Shown piece by piece: positions 49,673 to 60,593 of a DNA stretch of 64,000 nt; the stretch's first letter is position 1; every line of letters starts with the position of its first letter. This stretch comes from Basidiobolus meristosporus CBS 931.73 (lineage: Eukaryota; Fungi; Basidiobolomycota), in the NCBI GenBank assembly GCA_002104905.1, contig MCFE01000382.1:19916-83915 (forward strand), written 5' to 3'. Under the pieces are notes generated by a model. The model searched no databases. It was not told the origin of the DNA and was given only the letters and a program-made list of their open reading frames with translations. A program made the translations under genes and the position numbers.

Positions 49673-50842
49673 ATGCATATGGAAAGCGCCAAAGGAAACA
49701 GTTCACCCAAAACTGGCAATACCCCTCCCACTAGCGGGAACCAAGATGATATCAAAAACAAAACCAACCTGCAAGTGTTAAGAGATATGGTACGAGCGTT
49801 ACGTACAACAAGAGCCACCTATGAAGAGTTGTTTGCCGGAGCAGTCACGCTAATACAAGACACGATCAGAGAGGGACGAGACAAGTTACCCACGCCGATA
49901 CAAAGCATGGAGATACTACCCAAGAAGACTGTGTACCACCTAAGAGAAGGTTCCTTGATCATTAAGGAGAAGGACGCCGCGCTGATTCCCGTATCCATAC
50001 TGGACACAGTCAGACAGAAGACACAAGGAATCAACTGTTGTGCCCTCACGAGACCTCGAGAGCCCCCCTGTTTTGTTGCATACTTGCCATTAATAGGTAC
50101 CATGGTTGTTGAGGTATACGCAGACCTGGTACAAGCTGCAAGAGCACCAGAAGTAGAACTCCCGATTGAAGGACTCCTCCGAGAAATTTGCGAACATCTC
50201 GAACCACATTTCCAAGAAGGAACCATCTTAGAGAAGATACGCGAACGGATTAAATACACCGGCCAGTTAACCCATGCAATCCACCAAGTTGCTGTGTTAC
50301 AACTATTACAGTGGTTTACCATAGGACAACTCAGGAATCAGTACGAAGTCCAACTCCAAGAAGCCGAAGAAACCGCCACGGATTCTGTAGAAACCATGAG
50401 GCAAGTACAAAAGCGCCTCGATCGCGCCACAGTTTCTACGGAAGAACTACAATACGTCTCAGAAGAAGCAAAAACTTGTTATTGACAACGGGTGACTGCC
50501 GACCGAGTGTACGCTCTCTTCAAAAGGTCCCCCGCCGTCATATTGAACACAAAAAGGACAAGCCCCGATAATGTTTGCAAGATAAAGAAGCAAGACTTTA
50601 TCGCGCTATTGCACCTTTTCTGGTTCTCTGACCCTCCCGAGGAACTTACCCAGAACCCTATGGTTTGCCAACTATTTGGCTCTGTGGAAAACATCCGTTG
50701 AGCAACACAGGCTGCACCCCACTCTGCCGCCGAATGGTATCAGGTACTTGCCCGCGATCCCCTCGCAAGTGACAACCAGCAATGGTACTACGGTGACTCC
50801 CCATGCTCCGTAAACAAAATCAATCCTGGAGAAGCGAGTTAG
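49673..50842 (+). pseudogene. Third ORF of the gypsy element (~389 codons if two TGA are read as CGA); function unknown
   Basis: The 270-aa ORF 49673-50485 continues in frame past TGA 50483 and TGA 50699 to TAG 50840-50842, 44 bp before the 3' LTR. Confidence 0.75.
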
Positions 50843-51662
50843 TCAAAGAACTTCAAGGACAAAGCTCCCACTTAACCCCCGGGATATGTGAGTACTCAAT
50901 GTAGTACCCACTCTTTGCCCAAGAGTTCTCCCAAGAGTTCCCTCCAGAGTCCTACCCAAAGTCCTCCAGTACCCTCCCTATGATTCCCCCACGCATCCTC
51001 CCCTCCTATCCCTGCCCTTATCTAGTTAGAACACTTACCATCACAGGAAGGTGTTCACACCCCTATTTTATAACACATTGTCTATTGTCTAAGCCCCCCA
51101 AGTGATATATATATCTACCCAATTGAACCAGGAAGAACAACGAGATTTGGACAAAATAAACAGAAGTCTTTATTACCTTGCTACCTTCTATCGGAAGCTA
51201 TGCTGAACCAAGTGGTACTGACTTGACCTACAAGCTCTCCCACTCATCAAGTACAGTCAGTAATAACCCACACATGCCAGGGTTGAGAGCATTTGTCATT
51301 CAGAGTTGGAAATTCTTAATCTTTCACTTATGTGTTACAATACAAACAGCAAAATAAAGAAGTGAGTACAATATTGGTTTTGAGAAATCTAGTACTGTAA
51401 TACTTTCCATTACCTCAGTGTGGTAATAAAACAATTCATTTGCAAGAAAAGTAAGAGAAATGGTTGAGTCAGGTAGCAAGGAGTTTGCAAAAGTAGCAAT
51501 GGCTGATCATTGCACACAAACATAGGAGGTGATAGAGTGTCCGGGATCAGAAAGTGAGCAAATTGGCAGGGAACCAGTCAAAAGCCACTTATTTACTATG
51601 ATGTTGAAAATTTGACAAAGTTTTTTGTGAAATCTGGGGTGCAATTAATTTTCAACAGTCTC

Positions 51663-53531
51663 TGTGGTAATGGAAAGTAATATGTTACTACATTTTCTCA
51701 AAACCAATATGACACTCATTTCTTTACCTGCTTATGCTATTGTAACACACAAGTGAAAGATTAAGAAGTTCCAACTTTGAAGAACCAAAGCATAAGATCC
51801 TGACAAGCAATCTACCCAAGAGTATTATGTCATACAGAACATGCAGTAGCCAACATATGCCTTAAATATACAGCTCATTTGTAGCAGTACTTAAGGAGAT
51901 ATGATTAAAAGTGGCCAATTGTCATGTATACCAGGCCTCTATTACTATAATTACTATGGTGACTCCAATTGTGTGTAACTTTTGAATCTGCCAACCAAAC
52001 CATGTGACATTCTCACAGGTGCTGCTCCTATGTCCAATCTGCGCCACTGCAAATGTTAGCTTTGTATCACATGTATTTCTTATGCAATGGCCCAAAAACT
52101 TTGATGCTTCAGAAATGTCACAAATATGACTTCCCCAGCTGAAGAATAAAATAGAACTTCTCTTTCCAGAATCTTCACAGTACTATTACAAGTTTAAAGG
52201 CTATAAGACTTCCCCTGCATCTCTTGCACTTTTAGGAATTCTGACTTTGACTGGTACTACATCAGCAAAGAGACAGCAAAGCTTACAAGAATCCAATCTA
52301 AGCTCTACAAGAAAACTACCACTTTCTGCTGAAAAGTCCCCACTAGGAGACCCCTGTACTCTAAGGACACCCCTGTAGACACCCCTTGAGGTCCAAAGAC
52401 CACTTTAGATACTTCTGCACCACACCCCTTTGGGTTAAAGGGAAGCTTAAATTTCTATATCATGAGATATTTTCACAGAAGGGAGAGTGACATCTCAATA
52501 AGGAACAGTACTTCAAATTTATATAAGCCCAATAGTCAATAGAAGGTCAGAACACCGTTGCACAAGTGAGAAACACTGCCAACAGTATATTTTGAGCCTA
52601 AGACTGAGGATATTTGTGAAAGTTGTATCTTCTATATGTGTACTAACCCCCCCCAATATACTATTTCAGTACTTGCAAACCAATGTTGCGGTGTAGAGTT
52701 ACTCCTGGGAGAAGCTACACAACTCAAGGTGTATGAGGTGTCTGATGGGTGCAATAACCAGTGTCTTTGTTAATATGTCATTATGGTAGAAGCTCCTGCT
52801 TCTCTAGCTTCCTAGGTGCTCCAAGTGTTTCCAAAGGCCTCTGTATGTCTTGTGCACTACCCTGAAAAGCTCCTTGATGGCAGGTCTGAGATGTGCTGTT
52901 TAAGGCAGGTGCAGTGATCAACTGCTAATCAATAAGGGAAAAGTGTTACTGATAGAAGGGATGATTTATTGATGAGGGATTGCCCTACCTTAAATACTTT
53001 TCCTGATTGCCAAGTGATTACTAATGACAAGGTTATGGAAGACTCCAGGCATCAGTGAAATTCTTGATCACATCACTATGAGCTAAAAAATACCAAGAAT
53101 GTCCTGCAAGATTCTAAAAGGCACAACACATCCAACCAATCAGGGATCAGTAGTCTGAAACTTAGCATATATGTTATTGAGATGGTAGGGATGGTAGCAC
53201 AGACCTAGGTCAAGTGTCATGGGTACTGACGCGGGTACTTGCCTTATGTAGATACATATTCTGATCACAAAGCTGAATAACAGCTGGGATAACTAATGCT
53301 AATAACCAATCAGTGTAAACATCATATGGGGATAATACTAATAACATGGGCAAAAGAAGAATGGAATAATACTGATAAGATAAAATATGGATATGTACAA
53401 CATAATAGCTGTATGAATAAACTTGTCTGGGGGAGGTACATTTACCCTACCATACCAGAAGTTGTTGTATACTGTGGATTAGCCTCTACATTGTAGAACA
53501 AGCCCCAAACTAGTCATAATAGGACACAACA
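51663..53531 (+). mobile_element. Family B solo LTR (~1.1 kb after removing the nested LTR)
   Basis: TGTGG...CAACA ends. 4-bp TSD TCTC at 51659-51662 and 53532-53535. The flanks rejoin to match the repeat at 23340-23620 (reverse). Confidence 0.75.
52684..53454 (-). mobile_element. Family A solo LTR (older copy of the 45270 subfamily)
   Basis: Aligns end to end with 45270-46072, with small deletions. Imperfect TSD CCAA/CCAG. Confidence 0.88.
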
Positions 53532-54146
53532 TCTCTGCACAGTGCCTGACATGATCAGTACATATTAGTCATAGCACTTTAAATCTGTGATGCCTTTTTG
53601 ACAGGATCATCACAATAGCTTCTCATAGGGCTAGTGGCCAAGTTGTATATGAGGATCTCAAGCTAAAGGAACCAAATGATATACTAGAGACCTATGATGG
53701 ATTCAACAAGATACTATAGAGTACTTGCTACCCACAGTACTTCTCACAAGCTCCAATCAACACTTATATACAGATGCAACAGTACAAATGTGGGGAGTGG
53801 ACAAACTGGTAATGCAATAATTTAAGCAGCCCTGTGAAGCAATTTCTACTCAGAGTACATTGGAATCATTTGCAGTCATGTGTGCACATTTTAGGAATAT
53901 TTGTCAAGAAGCAGATCAACAGTATCAACCTGACGGATCTACAACTTTTATGCAAGTAATTTGTGCTTGTATATAAGTGGCTATACTACAAGTCTAAACC
54001 AGAGAAGGTAGATCACTGCTTTTACTGCAACCATTCTCTACTGTGACTTAGTTAGTAGGTGGATAATATTGGATCTTACTTCACCTTTTAGGAGTTTGTT
54101 AACAAGAAGATTTGGGGGAACACAGTAACACAAGTCAATCTGAAGT

Positions 54147-54495
54147 TGTTGTACAAGTCTTGGAGATATTTGAAGTGATTGGGATAACAAGTAGATTTTG
54201 TGGCTTTCACTTAATGATCTATTTAATGTTAAAGTAATATTTATACTTTTACATGGTTTTGGCATTACAAACACATAGAATAGGCTTAGGATGGTCCCAA
54301 TAACATGTGTGCAAAGTTTGGGGCTGTTTGGACAACTTTGAGAATTTTCATGTTCTGGGTACTTGGTATTTTGGTGAAAATATTCAAAGTAAGTCACAAC
54401 AAGGAATTTGGTCAGTATTTTCTAGGATTTGAAGGTAATGATCTAAGTGTCTAAGTTAGGTGGATACTTAGGTAGAATTCCAAATTTTTACAACA
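54147..54495 (-). mobile_element. copia solo LTR (620-968 family)
   Basis: 349 bp, TGTTG..CAACA ends, near-TSD GAAGT/GAAAT. Confidence 0.88.
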
Positions 54496-54499
54496 GAAA

Positions 54500-55620
54500 T
54501 TACTTCCATATCCCAATTGCACCAAGAATATTACCTTCAAAACCATCTTATATGTGATGAATTGGCACATGTAGGATAGCCAGGAGAAGTTGGAAAATAC
54601 TGAGGACAGATGTTCAAATGGAAACACCTATACCTACAGCATTAGGAAGCTAAGCAGCCCTAATATGTGGGTAACCAGTTAAGTGATGCAAAGTTGGGTT
54701 GGGTGCAACAAGCAACTAATATTCATTAGGAATACTCTACCAAAGTATGCTGGGTTTCTCTTGGTCACAATCCAATTTCTACATGATTCATTTTGAAATT
54801 CACACAAACAAGAGCCACAGTGCACCTATAAGGGGGACTAAAATCCAGCAGGGAGAAGGAGTATATCAGCTAAATACCCAAAAGTTCTTTGCAGATATTC
54901 AGGAGGTATCCATGGCATATGTGGTAGCAACCAAGCATATGTTTGCAAGATGTAAATATCACCAGCTGTACAAGGTATATGGCAGCTTTGCAAGTATCAC
55001 ACTGTGATACCATAAAGATGAGGTGATAGAAGTATGTCAATTGCAACAGGTGTGTATATTTGTAGAGGTTAGTAAACAGGAGGCCAGAGTTTTTTTTGTC
55101 AAGCTATATGTGGAATACATAAGGTAGTAGTAGGTAAGCAAGCAAAGAGGGGCAATCCAACAGTAAAACACATCAATTGCACAAGGGGAGGCAGAAAAAG
55201 AAAGTACCATTTGGTAAATTGGTAAGGTAGCATTGTGGAGAACTAGCTGTAGGCCATAATACTGCCATGATAATGCCATTGAAGACTTGTAATGAGACAA
55301 TCAAAACACCATCATGTTTTTTGCCATATAGGGCAACGGGATATACTGGCCTGTTAGATCCATTCAAAATACTGGTAGAGCTCATTCAGACCACAACAAT
55401 GCCATGCAATTATTGCTATAGCACCAATTAAACCCCATCAATTTTCTAAGCTTTATTTTGCAGCAAAATTAACCCAACAATATTGTGATCCCATCATAAG
55501 ATTATTAAGATGGTCATTAATTCCAAGTTGCTGGTATTATGATGGTCTCCAAGCAGAAGCCTGCCAGCTTATCTGGATTGGATCCACCGGCAGGACCAAA
55601 TTATTTTTATAGGGAATGTA
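54500..55620 (+). pseudogene. CACTA transposase 3' fragment
   Basis: Reverse-complement homologous to 29280-30340. Confidence 0.7.
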
Positions 55621-55914
55621 ACTTGCTATCTGGGACAATTTCTTTAGCCTTGAAAACTTTTTCCATCCGGGGGAGCCAAGTTTCCAATTTTCATTGACTC
55701 TACCATGGTATTGGTTAACCTTGAGAATAAAGTTGTTCTTGATTGGGCTTTGCTAGCTCTGGCCATGGTTGTCATTCCTTGTTACTGTTGGCTAAGGATC
55801 TGAAGTAGCTGTTGCTGTTAGGCCAGGATTAGCTGCATTGCACTTGTCCATTCATGATTGTTGGGCATTATGTGGGAGGCTCGTTATTTCTTTAGGAGGG
55901 AGGTTTCTGGTGAT

Positions 55915-58900
55915 TGTTGAAATATTGAACTATTTGGTATCATTCTGCAGCTAAAAGCTTACTTAACAATTCTGGACTAGTCTTGGTCACTCTGGGACTA
56001 ATTAACAGCTCTAGCTTTGCCACTTTCTTTAAATCTATGATCTTATGATTATTCCCGTATAGTCAGGATCAAATTAACACTAATACTAACTATTATGTAC
56101 TAACCCTGAAACAGTGACAGAATGCTCCTGAATATTGAGAAACCCTCCTTGCTTAGTGTTAGAGTGGTATTACTTCCACAATGGTAAAAATACTGAGCTT
56201 CTTTATGAATAAACAACAGTTCAACTATTATCACTATTTCTTGATAAGTTCCTTACATCCAGATCACTTCTTGAATTGCCACAGGTTATGAGCCCTAATT
56301 GCCTTAATCTATTCTAAAGATGACATCTACCAGCAAACAGAACAACACTAACATCTTCCCTGAAAAGGAGAGGTTTGATGGGAAGAACTACAGACTTTGG
56401 AGAATCAAGATGCAGATCCACCTTGAGGAAAGGAAGTTTTGGAATATGGTAACAGGAAAAGAAGTTGAGCCCAAAGAAACAGCAGAAGAAGTGGAGAAGC
56501 TTCAAGAGAAGGAGAGAAAGGCCTTTAATGCCCTATGTATCAATGTGCAAGATTCCTTCATTGGACAAATCCATGCCTCAAATACTGCCAAAGCAGCATG
56601 GGAATCCTTAGAGAACATCTTTAGAGTAAAGTCAGTATCAAGCAAGCTTTATTTAAAACAAAAGTTCTTCAACATGAGGAAGAAGCCAGATGATGACATG
56701 CTACAACTCATTACCAGAATGGAGACACTTGCAGAAGAACTTCACAGTATTAATGCTGGTGTAGATGATGAAGAAAGGATACTCTGTCTGCTTTGCAATC
56801 TACCAGACAAGTATGAGCTGCTCATACTTTCTTTTGAAAGCAGAGAAGACAATTTGACCTTAGACTACATCAAAGGAAGACTTCTCTATGAAGAACTCAG
56901 ACGTAATGATTAAGCAGAGAAAATTGAAGATAATGCTTTATTCAGTTCAGAGAGGTGCTCAGAAAAGAAGGGAAGGCAACAAAACCAAAGAAAACCTGGT
57001 TGCTGCAACTATTGTAAAAAGCCAGGACACTGGGCAAGAGAATGCAAGAAGAAACAAGTAGACAAAAAACAGAAACTAGAGCAGGCAAACCATATAACTA
57101 CTGATGAACAGTTATTTCTAACTGTACAAGAGAGTGCAAGTAACCAAAGTAATGAATGTTATATTAACTCTGGAGCATCACAGCATATTTGTGGTATAAA
57201 GGATTGGTTCAGCAACTTAAATACTATTCCTGTAAGAAAGGTTTATCTGGGAGATAATTTTGCATTGGAAGCTACCACCAGTGGGTCTATACAACTAAAT
57301 ATGAGTGATAACTCAGGGGCAACAACAGCAAAACTGACTGACGTACACTATGTACCTGGAATAGCTAAGAATCTACTCTCAGTCAGTAGAGCAACTACTC
57401 AGGGACTGAAATTTGCTTTTACTAAGCTGAGCTGCTCACTATTGAGTGAAAATGGACAAAAATAAATTTGGGAATCAGAGATCACAATATATACAAGTTA
57501 CAATGCAAGATCATTGTACCAGAGCATGTCAACATTGCTGAAACTGATGAAACCAGCTGGGAGACATGGCATAGGAGGCTAGGACACATACAGGAACAGA
57601 AAATGAGCCAATTGGTGAAAAATCAACTAGTTTTGGGCTGGTATTACACATTTCCAATCAAATTGAATGTCTGTAAGGGAAGTTCATATGGCAAACAAGC
57701 TAGGCACCGTTCAAAGAGCTCAGGAGGCATCACTACCACCAAAATACTGGCTATTGTACACTCAAACATGTGGCCCCATGAGAACACTGTCCTTTGGAGC
57801 CAAGAGATACTTTATAACGTTTAGTGATGACAAGACTAGATATACATGGGTGTACTTCCTCAAAACAAAGGATGAAGCTTTAGAGACATTTAAGCACTTC
57901 AAGAACATGACAGAAACACAAACTGGGTGTAAATTGAAGGTGATACAAAGCAACAATCAAGGGAAATACTGCTCAAAAGTGTTTGCAAAATACTGCAAAT
58001 CTACTGGTATACTTCAACATACCACTGTTCCCCATACTCCACAGCAAAATGGAGTAGCAGAATGTGCAAATGGAACAATAGTAGAGATGGGAAGATCTAT
58101 GCTACATGATAAGGGAATGGACAACATGTTTTGAGCTGAATCTGTTGCTACCGCTGTACACATCAAGAACAGATGCCAAACAACAGCACTACGTGATTAT
58201 ACACCCTTTGAAGCATGTACAGGCAAAAACCAGATCTCCAGCACCTCACAATATTTGGCAGTCATGTTTTTTATCACATCCCTGACAAAAAACGCTCAAA
58301 GTTGGAGCCAAAGAGTAGGAAAGGGATCTTTCTTGGGCATTGTGAAGGTACTAAAGGGTATGGAGTGTATGATGGCAAAATTCAGAAGCTGATCAAGAGC
58401 AGGGACGTTGTATTTGAGGAAAATTCAGATCAGAAAGCCACAGAAATCCTTGGTCAGTAATCTCATGATGTAATCAACACTAATGAAGAAGATACGTACC
58501 AAATCCAGCCAGATAAAGAAGATACTTCACCCAGTTCCAGATCAGAACAGATTATCCCAGTCAGGAGATCTACCAGAATAAGAAATGCCCCCGGATCCTG
58601 GTGGCAGACATCCAATGATCGTGAAGAAGCTTGTCTTGCCTTATGTGCCAAACCTCAGAATCTGGAACAGGCAATGCAAAGTCCAGATGCTACTAAGTGG
58701 CAACAAGCCATGCAGGAGGAGTACCAATCACTGATCAAGGCAAACACATGGGAACTGGTAAATTTACCAAATGGGAGAAAGCCAACAGGATGCAGATGGG
58801 TCTACAAGATTAAGATAACCTCAAATGGTGCCGTTGATAAATACAAGGCTAGATTGGTGGCTAAAGGCTATTCCCAGATCCAGGGACTAGACTTTAAGGA

Positions 58901-60593
58901 AACATTTGCTCCGGTTGCCAAGTTTAACTCTTTTAGGACAGTTCTAGCCCTGGCAGCTGTACACAGTCTAGATCTACACTAAATGGACGTCAAAACAGCC
59001 TTTCTAAATGGGGATTTTGAAGAAACTATATATATGGAGCAACCAGAAGGTTTTACTGATCCAAAAGATCCCCATAAGGTGTGCAAACTTAGCAAATTGC
59101 TGTATGGGCTTAAGCAGGCACCTGGAGCATGGTATAACAAGATTGACACTTATCTAGAGAAAATTGGGTTCTCTTGTAGCACTGCAGATCACAGTATATA
59201 TGTGAAACAGCTCAAAAAGGGTGTGATCATCCTTGTTCTTTATGTGGACAACCTAATTATAGCTACAAGTGACCAAGAGGCACTTAGACAGACAAAATCA
59301 GATCTCTTCAGCAAGTTTGAGATGAAAGATCTTGGAAAATTGAGCTATTTTCTTGGAGTTGATGTCAAATTTGTCATACTTACACAGAAATTTATACTGA
59401 ACCAGTGTAAGTACATCAGGGACACTCTTAGACACTTCAAAATGGGAAATTGCAAGCCTGCAGCAACCCCTATGGACAATAACCTGAAATTAAGCAAGTC
59501 TCAGCCAGTTTTGGATGAAAACAGCTCAAATATGGACCAAAACTTTCCCTATCAATCAATGGTTGGTAGTGTAATGTACCTGATAGTATCTACACGTCCA
59601 GATACTGCAATGGCAGTTGGAATAGTCAGTCAATTTATGCAGAAATATAGATCAGATCAAGTTGCAACAGTTAAGCGGATTTTCAGATATCTACAAGGTA
59701 CCGTAAATGTGGTACTGCAATACTCTGGAGCAGCTATAGACAAATATTTGATGATTGTAGCGATTCAGATTGGGGTAGGGATCTGATTGACAGACACCTA
59801 CCACAGGTTATGTATTCCATTATCCTGGTGCAGCTATTACTTGGAATTGCAAGAAACAGCCAACAGTGACCCTATCTACAACTGGAGTAGAAAATATGAC
59901 TGCATGTCAAGCAACTAAGGAGGCTATATGGCTACAAAAATTATTTAAAGACTTAGGTTTAATTCAGATTAACCAACATATATTAACAAGGATAATCAAA
60001 GTTGTATTTGATCAGCTAGAAAATCCTGCTAATCATGCTAGAACTAAGCACACTGATATGCTGTGTCACTTTGTGAGGGAAGCTGTAAAAAATAACTTGA
60101 TAGAGTTAGTGTACTGCACAACTAACAAAATGGTGGTAAATATATTGGCAAAGCCACTAGCTAGGTCACAATTTGAGAATCTCAGAGTGGTATTAGCATT
60201 AAGACATTATTTAGTTCAGGGGGAGTGTTAAAATATTGGACTATTTGGTATCATTCTGCAGCTAAAAGCTTACTTAACAATTCTGGACTAGTCTTGGTCA
60301 CTGTGGGACTAATTAAAAGCTCTAACTTTGCCACATTCTTTAGATCTATGATCTTATGATTATTCCCCTATAGTCAGGATCAAATTAGCACTAATACTAA
60401 CTATTATGTACTAACCCTGACATTGTTAGAGAATGCTCCTGAATATTGAGAAACCCTCCTTGCTTAGTGTTATAGCTCTATTACTTATACAAAGGTATAA
60501 ATACTGAGCTTCTTTTTAATGAATAACAGTTCAACTATTATCACAATTTCTTGATATGTTCCTTATATCCAAATCACTTCTTAAATTGCAACA
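55915..60593 (+). mobile_element. Second Ty1/copia family, full-length and disabled
   Basis: LTRs at 55915-56283 and 60226-60593. Near-TSD GTGAT/GTTAT. PBS GGTTATGAGCCCT at 56284-56296. PPT AGGGGGAG. gag 56320-56913, then PR/IN/RT/RH fragments to 60231. Confidence 0.92.

Larger units (their letters stand above)
40881..51272 (+). mobile_element. Full-length Ty3/gypsy element, CpG-rich, with an extra ORF; disabled
   Basis: LTRs at 40881-41267 and 50887-51272 (about 7 substitutions and 1 indel). TSD CATGC at 40876-40880 and 51273-51277. PBS TGGTGCCGT at 41272-41280 (tRNA-His-like 3' end). Confidence 0.95.
33540..51417 (-). mobile_element. Decayed Ty3/gypsy element (DUF4100-like gag) with family B LTRs
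   Basis: 5' LTR = 51417-51278 plus 40880-39925, split by the 40881 gypsy. PBS-like TGGTAGAGG at 39918-39910. gag (RFSGENVTVFLEEFN, ~39800), protease (~38064-38400), RT remnants (~37000-37700), RNase H (36361-36831), integrase (34480-35007). Partial LTR at ~33540-34095. Confidence 0.75.

Noticed and set aside
39925-53531. Apparent giant foldback element with ~1.1-kb inverted arms around 51420-51660
   Set aside because: Each arm has its own TG..CA ends. One is followed by a PBS and gag; the other has its own TCTC TSD. They are two independent family B LTRs lying head to head.
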